This document shows positions 48,660 through 55,390 of a stretch of DNA of 64,000 bases, in pieces (within the stretch, counting starts at the first letter, position 1; each line of letters begins with the position of its first letter). Made by a program: the position numbers and the translations under genes. Source of the stretch: an uncultured virus (IMG/VR IMGVR_UViG_3300025727_000009) (Duplodnaviria > Heunggongvirae > Uroviricota > Caudoviricetes); IMG/VR virus record IMGVR_UViG_3300025727_000009, positions 1 through 64,000 of that record; one strand, 5' to 3'. The notes below the pieces were generated by a model. That model saw nothing but the letters and a program-made list of their open reading frames with translations, was not told the DNA's origin and made no database searches.

Positions 48660-49846
48660 TGGTTCAGATGTGCACCGGGGACATCTTCGCAAGCACCGCG
48701 GACGCCCTGGTAAACCCAGTAAACTGTGAGGGGGTCATGGGTGCCGGGCTGGCACTGCAGTTCAAGAAGCGCTTTCCCGAGAACTTCACAGCGTACGCCA
48801 AGGTGTGCCAGGACGGCGACCTCCACCCCGGTAAGCTCTTCACCTTCGAGGACCCCGCGTCGAACAGGCTCATTGTAAACGCCGCGACCAAGGCCGAGTG
48901 GCGTAACCCGTCGAACCTAGACTGGGTAGTCAGCCTAGGGGAAGAGTTGCGCCAGCTAACGGAGGAGCGAGACATCAAGCGGCTCGCTGTCCCGGCGCTT
49001 GGCACCGGTTTGGGCACGCTCCCGTGGCTCGCGGTCCGGGACATTTTGGCGGAGAGCCTTATGACCTCCTCCGTCGAAATTGAGCTGTACGAGCCGAGGG
49101 GCTACGAGCCGCCCACACTGCCCCAGGAGGGGTACTACGCCTCGGCCTGCCTCAGCCACACGGGGAAGCCCGCCGCCAACGCGGACTACTCTCTCGTCTC
49201 CTACATCCGGTTCTCCCGGGGAGACGACGCCAAGACCTACGACCGCAAGATTGGGTGCTACCACCCTTCCGCTGTGAGCCTTGAGGGATGCAACCGCGCC
49301 CTGGCTTACGAGCGGCTTGCGGTTACCCCGAGGCCCGTCCCCAGGACGCACGGCTTCGGAGTCAACGTCTTCGACCTCGGGGACGCAATCCACGACGCCA
49401 TCCAAGGCCGCCTCTCCAAGGTGACCGGAGTTCATGGACAGCGTTTCCATCCTGAGGTCGAAATCAGCTACCCCCCGCTGGGGCTCTACGGACACTGCGA
49501 TGGCGTGTTCGGGCAGCTGGTGGTGGAAATCAAGAGTGTGAGCAAGAACATCTTCAAGGGGCTCAAGGCCCCGATGGCTAGCCACATTCGCCAACTGCAC
49601 TGCTACATGCTGGCTCTGGATATTCCATACGGAGTCATCCTGTACGTGTGCCGAGACAACGGAGAATTCCGAGAGTTTCCCGTCCACTTCAGGGCGGACG
49701 TGCTGGCGCGCATCGCCACCACGATTCACAACATCGAAGCCCACTTGCGACGCGGAGTGATTCCTGACCAGGAACCGAACTCGTTCATCTGTTCACGCTG
49801 CAAATTTCTCTACACGTGTAAGCCGGACCTAGCCAAAGATGAGTGA
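48659..49846 (+). CDS. Macrodomain (DarG/YmdB-like) fused to a Cas4-like exonuclease
   Basis: GDIF...ALVNPVNCEGVMGAGLALQFK and PALGTGLG, then HPS...C, G...H, CDG, EIKS, QLHCYM and C..C.....C. Confidence 0.8.
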   Translation: MVQMCTGDIFASTADALVNPVNCEGVMGAGLALQFKKRFPENFTAYAKVCQDGDLHPGKLFTFEDPASNRLIVNAATKAEWRNPSNLDWVVSLGEELRQLTEERDIKRLAVPALGTGLGTLPWLAVRDILAESLMTSSVEIELYEPRGYEPPTLPQEGYYASACLSHTGKPAANADYSLVSYIRFSRGDDAKTYDRKIGCYHPSAVSLEGCNRALAYERLAVTPRPVPRTHGFGVNVFDLGDAIHDAIQGRLSKVTGVHGQRFHPEVEISYPPLGLYGHCDGVFGQLVVEIKSVSKNIFKGLKAPMASHIRQLHCYMLALDIPYGVILYVCRDNGEFREFPVHFRADVLARIATTIHNIEAHLRRGVIPDQEPNSFICSRCKFLYTCKPDLAKDE

Positions 49847-50450
49847 ACCCGTAGACCCGTTCAGCGAAGCCGCTCGGTGGATCAGCGAACAAATCGCGCA
49901 GTACCCCAGCCCTGCTCTCCCCGACGCCATCAACGACCTGAGCCTCGTCGAGGTCAAGGCGTACTACGACGTGCTCATGCGGCACCATGACCAACTCTCA
50001 ACAAAGCTTGCGGCCACGTTGGGAATTGCTGGTGTCTCTGAAGAGCGTCTGAAGGTGTCAGAAGCTGGGGCGCTACTCCGCACCAACAAGGACAAGACCC
50101 TCACAAACGCCGCCCTACGCGATGCAGCGGTTCGGTCGGATGGACACGTGGTCCATGCCCGACTGGACATGCTTCGCTCGGACGGCCTCAAGCGAGCCCT
50201 GGAGGCACTCAGAAAAGATACAAGCAAGCGCATGCAGCGCCTCGACCGAGAACTCTACGAGCGGAACGGCCCCAGCGGTCGTTCCTGGAATTCCTCAGGC
50301 ACACAGACCGGGCGTACTAGGTCCGACCGGCCGAACTACTCGAACCCGCCGCGCTCCGACTCTACCCCAGCGACGGGGAAGGCGCCGCGGAGCATGATGC
50401 AAAAGGCGCGGGTCCAGGTGGCCCGAGAAGAGGTGGAGGACGACGAGTGA
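49839..50450 (+). CDS. Coiled-coil hypothetical protein (recombination-mediator candidate)
   Basis: Helical protein between nuclease genes; function inferred from context only. Confidence 0.45.
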   Translation: MSEPVDPFSEAARWISEQIAQYPSPALPDAINDLSLVEVKAYYDVLMRHHDQLSTKLAATLGIAGVSEERLKVSEAGALLRTNKDKTLTNAALRDAAVRSDGHVVHARLDMLRSDGLKRALEALRKDTSKRMQRLDRELYERNGPSGRSWNSSGTQTGRTRSDRPNYSNPPRSDSTPATGKAPRSMMQKARVQVAREEVEDDE

Positions 50451-51154
50451 TTATCACGGTAGGCATCGACCCCGGGAAGAGCGGCGCAATCGCGGTCGTG
50501 GCAGACGGCGCGCAAGTATTAGTCGCTAATAATGTCCCCACGGCCGGGAAGAATTACCTACCGGCCCAGATGGCTGCGCTACTGCTCCCCTTCGCCGCGT
50601 TGTGGCGGGAGCGGGACGCGCCTCTCCGACTGCTCCATACCTACACCGACCTCCTGGACGCCGTCAAAAACCCGGACATGCCGGAGGAGGAATTCGAGCA
50701 GGTCTACACGTGGAGCGAGGTCGCCCTGGCGGCCTACATGCAGCAAGACGACCGCGCCGTTCTGGCCATGGTCGAGAAGCAGCGTGGGAGGAAGGGTGAA
50801 GGCCCTGAGCGCCTCGTCCAAATCGGCAAAGGCTGGGGCCTGTGGGAGGGCATCTGCGCCACACTGTGCATCCCGTACGAGGAGGTCTCTGGCCCCAAGT
50901 GGGAGCGGGCTATGGGGTGCTCAACCGCAGCGTCGGTCTCGCTCACGCAGAAAGCCGGCGAGGAGGACAAAGCCTTCGATAAGCGTGAGAAGGCTGCCAA
51001 GGCCAAGGCCCAGCGAGACAAGAAACACTCCCACGTCGCCCAGGCGCAGGCGTTGTTTCCTGACTGCCTCATAAAGGCATCCGACGACGGGCTCGCCGAC
51101 GCCCTCCTACTAGCTGTGTACGCCTTCAGGACCTATCAGGGTAGGGAGCAGTAA
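50447..51154 (+). CDS. RuvC-like Holliday junction resolvase
   Basis: VGIDPGKSGAIA, VEK, P.W and DGLADALLLA motifs. Confidence 0.75.
   Translation: MIITVGIDPGKSGAIAVVADGAQVLVANNVPTAGKNYLPAQMAALLLPFAALWRERDAPLRLLHTYTDLLDAVKNPDMPEEEFEQVYTWSEVALAAYMQQDDRAVLAMVEKQRGRKGEGPERLVQIGKGWGLWEGICATLCIPYEEVSGPKWERAMGCSTAASVSLTQKAGEEDKAFDKREKAAKAKAQRDKKHSHVAQAQALFPDCLIKASDDGLADALLLAVYAFRTYQGREQ
50517..50531. repeat. Dispersed palindrome TATTAGTCGCTAATA
   Basis: Inside the RuvC-like CDS, read as VLVANN. Confidence 0.9.
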
Positions 51155-51158
51155 GCCC

Positions 51159-51527
51159 GTGCCTCAACCCCCGCCAAAGCTGCCTGACGCGCTGCTCTCC
51201 CTACCGCAGCACCGTCGCCGAGCAGAGCTGGCAGACATCATTTGGAGACAGATGGGAGTACGCGTCCACCCCTCAGTAGATGGGGATGCGGCGCTGAATC
51301 TACTGTGGTACAACATCGCTACCGACGAAGTTAAGCCCAACCTAACCAACCCGCTCCGCGACGAGTTGATGGCCTTCATCAAGGAATACCAAGACCAGCT
51401 GTCACTACCCTGTGACGGCAACTGTTACGGCCACACGGACGCCCGGGTGCTTCTCTGCTACCTGGAGTTCCAGAAAGACAACGAGGTGGCCGACCTGGAC
51501 TTGGACATCCTCGGGGGGACCATGTAA
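51159..51527 (+). CDS. Hypothetical protein
   Basis: 122 aa, TAATG coupling to the next gene. Confidence 0.55.
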   Translation: MPQPPPKLPDALLSLPQHRRRAELADIIWRQMGVRVHPSVDGDAALNLLWYNIATDEVKPNLTNPLRDELMAFIKEYQDQLSLPCDGNCYGHTDARVLLCYLEFQKDNEVADLDLDILGGTM

Positions 51528-52294
51528 TGGCCGCGAAACCGAAGAAAGCCCGAATCACACAGAAGGCCCTCGGGGTCCTTCACCCAGCCGAAATGCGCTT
51601 CGCCGTCATTCATGCCGGCATCGCAGAGCAGCTGGACGCATTCCGTCTGGACCCCTCCCACTGGCAGAAGCTGCTGGCGGGAGACCCGGACGTTCAGAAG
51701 CAGTTCCTTGAGACCGACTTGGACGACCCTGAAATCAAGGTGTACGTCTACGGTCCCGCACCCGCTATCCGTGAGTCCGCTTACATGTACCTGCGCGCCC
51801 TTCAGGCCGCGGTTCTTGTCGGTGGACCTCAGCCGGATTTCATCGAAATTGCTCAAAAGCTTGAGCACAATTCGGGGGACGAACCCCTGAAGCAGCAGAA
51901 AGAAGACGCCACCATGCGTGGAATCAAGCGCCGCAAGTCCGCCAAGAAGCCCGCCGCAGACACCCCGGAGACGGAGGCAGCTCCCATCGAGGAAGAGGCC
52001 GCTCCCGTCGAGGACATCACCCCCGCTGACGGTGACAACGCTGGGGCCAACCTCAACGTCTTCGACGCTGTGGACGAGATCAGCAAGCAGGTCCAGTCCG
52101 CCCAGGAAGACACCGCCGCGGTCATCGTCGCGCTGGAGGCGAAGGTCGACAACATCACCGCGCAGAACACCGCGACCTTGTCGGTGCTCTGGAACCTGTT
52201 GGAGCTGGACCCCGCGGACTTCCCGGCGGACATCTCCGAGTTCCCGTCCGTCTCCGACATCGCGGAGTTCCTCGAAGACGCGCCCGAGGAGTAG
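51527..52294 (+). CDS. Hypothetical acidic protein
   Basis: 255 aa, strong codon bias. Confidence 0.55.
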   Translation: MAAKPKKARITQKALGVLHPAEMRFAVIHAGIAEQLDAFRLDPSHWQKLLAGDPDVQKQFLETDLDDPEIKVYVYGPAPAIRESAYMYLRALQAAVLVGGPQPDFIEIAQKLEHNSGDEPLKQQKEDATMRGIKRRKSAKKPAADTPETEAAPIEEEAAPVEDITPADGDNAGANLNVFDAVDEISKQVQSAQEDTAAVIVALEAKVDNITAQNTATLSVLWNLLELDPADFPADISEFPSVSDIAEFLEDAPEE

Positions 52295-52298
52295 CCCG

Positions 52299-52655
52299 AT
52301 GCCGCACAGCATCGCTGTCCATGCCCCCATCAACGTGGCCGCGCTCGACGAGCGTGACCCGGAAGCGGGGAACGCCAGTCACAGCTACGCCATTCAGTAC
52401 GGCGGGCCTGACGACGTCTGCTACGTCCAGTTCCAGCACGGCCCGCGTGGGGTGGAGGGATCGACCCCCGGCGTCTTCGACGACGCCCTGCTCGCCATCA
52501 TCGAGGACCGGTTGATCGGGTTCCAGTCGGGTCCGTACGCGTGCCCGGAAAACCAAGCCGCGCTCAATGCTGTTCGGGATGCCCGCGCTGCGCTGAGTTC
52601 GCGCGTGGCCAACCGCATGGCCAAGAGCGTGCTCGGGGTAAACGCGGTCCACTGA
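52299..52655 (+). CDS. Tad1/Acb2-like anti-defence nucleotide sponge
   Basis: VQFQHGP...G...ALLAIIEDRL.GFQSGPYACPENQAAL...R...R...VLG matches the Tad1-family pattern as I recall it; GAGGAG RBS. Confidence 0.7.
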   Translation: MPHSIAVHAPINVAALDERDPEAGNASHSYAIQYGGPDDVCYVQFQHGPRGVEGSTPGVFDDALLAIIEDRLIGFQSGPYACPENQAALNAVRDARAALSSRVANRMAKSVLGVNAVH

Positions 52656-52661
52656 CCTCGT

Positions 52662-52691
52662 TGCAAAACGGGCATTGGTTTTTGAGATAGG
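52662..52691 (+). promoter_or_regulatory. Putative promoter TGCAAAA-N17-GATAGG
   Basis: Member of the repeated promoter family. Confidence 0.5.
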
Positions 52692-52731
52692 AATTCCAGC
52701 GGCGTTCATACCCCGTCGCTGGAAGGTTCCC

Positions 52732-52929
52732 ATGTTGGACGCCAAGCACCTCTCCAAGTCCATGCAGCACTTCTGCACGGCTCTCCCCACCCGCTTTCAG
52801 TGGACCCCCCACAACCTTTGGGCGCACCCCCTCTCCGAGCTGCTGTTCCAGCTCGGGTACGAGGACGAGGGGAACTGGGTACACGAAGCAACCATTCCCA
52901 TCCACGAACGCGGTACCGGTCTGGGCTAG
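52732..52929 (+). CDS. Small hypothetical protein
   Basis: ATG after GGAAGG, preceded by the hairpin TTCCAGCGGCG...CGTCGCTGGAA. Confidence 0.5.
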   Translation: MLDAKHLSKSMQHFCTALPTRFQWTPHNLWAHPLSELLFQLGYEDEGNWVHEATIPIHERGTGLG

Positions 52930-52939
52930 TCCCCGGCCC

Positions 52940-52969
52940 GAAGCGCCCCCTCCTGGGGCGCTTCTTCTT
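52940..52969 (+). terminator. Terminator-like hairpin
   Basis: GAAGCGCCCC-CTCCT-GGGGCGCTTC followed by TTCTT. Confidence 0.6.
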
Positions 52970-52973
52970 ACCC

Positions 52974-53011
52974 TGCAAAAACCGCGCATGTCTGGGTATA
53001 AAGACAATGAA
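52974..53011 (+). promoter_or_regulatory. Putative promoter of the large ncRNA (TGCAAAA-N16-TATAAA-N4-ATGAA)
   Basis: Member of the repeated promoter family. Confidence 0.6.
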
Positions 53012-53017
53012 GGGACA

Positions 53018-53830
53018 CGTATAGCTTCGGCTGTTCAGGGAACTTCTGGTTGTATGGAATCGTCAGGATAACTCGCGGTGACGCGGGGAAAGGTTTGGCC
53101 CGCTCCGGGTTGGACCACCGAGTAGTCGGCCCATCTATACAAGTCTGAGTCTGCCCTCGTGAGGGGTCGCTGGTGAAGAGCCGGTGGAGAATTGTGCAGG
53201 AGTGGTGGCCCCGCGGCGGCGGGATAAAGTGACCGGGCGGAGAAATCCGTGGTCGCGGAAGCTGGGCTGGTACCCCGGCTGCCATGCATCCAAATCCAAC
53301 ACAAGTGCTCGGGTAACAGATAGCGTACGTGAACAATCTGTGAGGAGGCAGCTCCAGGCAGGTCGTACGAAGTTCGATAGGGTGTGAGTTCTTTAGTCGG
53401 GAAACCGGCAGCCCTTGAAGAACCGATAAATCGGGTGACTGACCCGAGAATGTCACGAGATGGTGTGGGAGTTCCCTATGGTCAAAAGCCATGGGCCCGC
53501 TGGTAAGGCGCCATCTCTAGGAGAAAAACCGGTTAGGAGCCGGACTACGCATTTCACGCGAAGCTGCAATCAGCCCTTACCCGGGTACTGTCGAAAGATG
53601 CCTAATCGTCTGCCCTCCATGGGGAACGGACGCACCTAAAGCTCGCAAGGCTAAGGGTGTCAGTTGAAGAGCCGTAGGAGTGGGCCGCAAACCTATTCTG
53701 AGGGGACACTGCTGAGTAGACGTATCCGCTAATGGTAGTAAACCCGGCTTCGGTCGGCTCTACCGGCATTGTATGGCTACTGGGGAGACCCAGTGGATAG
53801 GGCCCTGAAAAGGGGCTCAAAGGCTGTACG
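53018..53830 (+). ncRNA. Large structured non-coding RNA candidate (~810 nt, GOLLD/ROOL size class)
   Basis: No credible ORF; 10-bp 5'/3' closing helix; multiple GNRA and UUCG tetraloop hairpins with G-U pairs; flanked by a promoter and a terminator. Confidence 0.75.
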
Positions 53831-53831
53831 C

Positions 53832-53859
53832 GAAAGGGGGTAATTCTCACCCTTTTCTT
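53832..53859 (+). terminator. Terminator-like hairpin after the ncRNA
   Basis: GAAAGGGGG-TAATTCTCA-CCCTTTTC followed by TT. Confidence 0.5.
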
Positions 53860-53867
53860 ACCCCTAT

Positions 53868-53882
53868 TATTAGCCGCTAATA
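53868..53882. repeat. Dispersed palindrome TATTAGCCGCTAATA
   Basis: Intergenic, 3 nt upstream of a promoter motif. Confidence 0.9.
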
Positions 53883-53885
53883 ACG

Positions 53886-53924
53886 TGCAAAACGGGTACC
53901 CCTTTAAGGGATAAGAACTATGAA
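53886..53924 (+). promoter_or_regulatory. Putative promoter TGCAAAA-N17-GATAAG-N4-ATGAA
   Basis: Member of the repeated promoter family. Confidence 0.65.
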
Positions 53925-54129
53925 CAAGGAGGATTACATGGATTTCATTGACCCGAAGAAGTGTCCTTGGTTCCAGGAAATCTGGGACATCCTGGAGAAC
54001 CCGAGGCCGGGCGGAGTGGAGCGAGTGAAGGAGCTGACCAAGCTCATCTCGGACCGCTCCAAGGTCCGGACGGAAGCGTACAACGCGGACTTGTCCGCTC
54101 GAATCGAAGCGATTAACAACCGGGGCTAG
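53920..54129 (+). CDS. Small hypothetical protein (probably leaderless)
   Basis: 69 aa; ATG lies 4 nt after the GATAAG box. Confidence 0.55.
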   Translation: MNKEDYMDFIDPKKCPWFQEIWDILENPRPGGVERVKELTKLISDRSKVRTEAYNADLSARIEAINNRG

Positions 54130-54167
54130 TCCCCCACCAAGCCCCGCTGGGGCAGAACGGCTGAGAG

Positions 54168-54284
54168 TTGAAGAAGTTCGTAGAGAAGTGCATTCCGATG
54201 GCCCTCGGGGCCAGCCTGCTCATCGTCGTCCCCGCCTTCCTGGCGTGGGGCAGGGCAGCGGCCCTCATCATGGGCGGAGGCTGA
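54168..54284 (+). CDS. Small hydrophobic peptide (38 aa)
   Basis: MKKFVEKCIPMALGASLLIVVPAFLAWGRAAALIMGGG from a TTG start. Confidence 0.35.
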   Translation: MKKFVEKCIPMALGASLLIVVPAFLAWGRAAALIMGGG

Positions 54285-54285
54285 G

Positions 54286-54399
54286 ATGGAGAGTCTGCTA
54301 GGGAAGCTCATCGCAGCCGGCATCGGTCTTGGCCTTGTGGCCGCCGAAGTCGGCATCTTCTGGCTCGGTTCGCTGCTGAAGTCCCTCCTGGGGCTATAG
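54286..54399 (+). CDS. Small hydrophobic peptide (37 aa)
   Basis: MESLLGKLIAAGIGLGLVAAEVGIFWLGSLLKSLLGL with a GGAGG RBS. Confidence 0.5.
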   Translation: MESLLGKLIAAGIGLGLVAAEVGIFWLGSLLKSLLGL

Positions 54400-54493
54400 C
54401 AGCGGGCTGAGCGTCTTGGGGGGCATGTGCCCCCGTTCTTACGTATATACCCCCTAAACAGCCTCAAACAGGGCCGTACCCCCCCCTCCAAAC

Positions 54494-54532
54494 TGCAAAA
54501 ATGGCACCTTTTATAGGGATAAGAAGTATGAA
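54494..54532 (+). promoter_or_regulatory. Putative promoter TGCAAAA-N17-GATAAG-N4-ATGAA
   Basis: Member of the repeated promoter family. Confidence 0.65.
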
Positions 54533-54672
54533 GGAAGCATTACGCTCTCCTCCCACCCCAAGGCATCCTGCCTTTTGGTGGGATGAACACTTCGAGGCTG
54601 GAACCACGGTGCTGTGGGTCCGTAGGCTTTGGAGTCTTTAGAATACGCCTCATTGAGGCGGAAGGATTCGAT

Positions 54673-55203
54673 ATGTCTCGCCAGTTGGTAATTGGAAATC
54701 TTCGCTTCGGCCTGACCCCCGCGCGCCAATCGGGCAATGGTGCCCTGGCCGTCGTGGCCCTCGTCACGGTCATCACCGTCGTGGTGGCGGGGGGCGTGTA
54801 CTACTTCGCCAACCGCGACACCGCGGACGCCTACGCTCACGCTCATGGCGGTGTGGTGGTGATGCAGGAGCGGACCATCGCCGCGAGCATCAAGCTCATC
54901 GAGAAGGCGTTCGACAACGCGGTCAAGGCCGTGGCGGCGTGCGAGAAGGCGTCGGAGTCGAAGGGGGACAAGGACCCCTCGGCGACGAGCGTGGCGAAGG
55001 CCGCGAACGCCCGAGACGAGAAGCTCGACGTGCTCGACACCGAGATCGGCCGAGCCCTCGCGCACGCCCCGGACGCCGGTGCCCGCTTCGACGGGTTCAG
55101 CCGGACGGCCGCTGTGAAGAGGGGTCTGAAGGTCCACGGGCGGGCGGCGAAGGCCGTCGCCGCGGGCAAAGCGGACAAGGACGCGGCGAAGGCCGCGGCC
55201 TAG
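54673..55203 (+). CDS. Membrane-anchored Ala/Lys-rich protein
   Basis: ATG after AAGGA; single N-terminal TM segment ALAVVALVTVITVVVAGGVYYF; strong codon bias. Confidence 0.6.
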   Translation: MSRQLVIGNLRFGLTPARQSGNGALAVVALVTVITVVVAGGVYYFANRDTADAYAHAHGGVVVMQERTIAASIKLIEKAFDNAVKAVAACEKASESKGDKDPSATSVAKAANARDEKLDVLDTEIGRALAHAPDAGARFDGFSRTAAVKRGLKVHGRAAKAVAAGKADKDAAKAAA

Positions 55204-55326
55204 CCGCACCCCTGAGGTGACCTGTCAGCCGCTCCGGCAGCAGGTAGGTCCCTCAGGTTCGAGTGTCTTGAAATTCTAACAACAGGCGCCCAGCCTGGAG
55301 CCCGCTGATTGCGGTAGCAAAGGGAT

Positions 55327-55362
55327 AAAGAAGAGAGGGCGAGCACCCGCTCCTCTTCTTTT
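55327..55362. terminator. Bidirectional terminator between convergent blocks
   Basis: AAAGAAGAGAGGGCG...CGCTCCTCTTCTTTT imperfect hairpin at the strand convergence. Confidence 0.55.
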
Positions 55363-55374
55363 AGCTACACCAAC

Positions 55375-55389
55375 TATTAGCCGCTAATA
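55375..55389. repeat. Dispersed palindrome TATTAGCCGCTAATA
   Basis: Immediately after the stop of the tail-fibre gene. Confidence 0.9.
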
Positions 55390-55390
55390 A

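Noticed and set aside
48659..49846. CRISPR-Cas locus suggested by the Cas4-like domain
   Set aside because: No cas1/cas2 and no repeat-spacer array seen; solo Cas4-like nucleases are common in phages.
52968..53850. Short ORFs across the ncRNA candidate (52968..53492-, 53184..53387+, 53602..53850-)
   Set aside because: They lack the genome's codon bias and recognisable motifs; RNA structure explains the region better.
52930..55390. tRNA genes in the intergenic-rich region
   Set aside because: No convincing cloverleaf found by eye; the GGTTCGAG at ~55256 lacks matching arms. tRNAscan-SE or ARAGORN would settle it.
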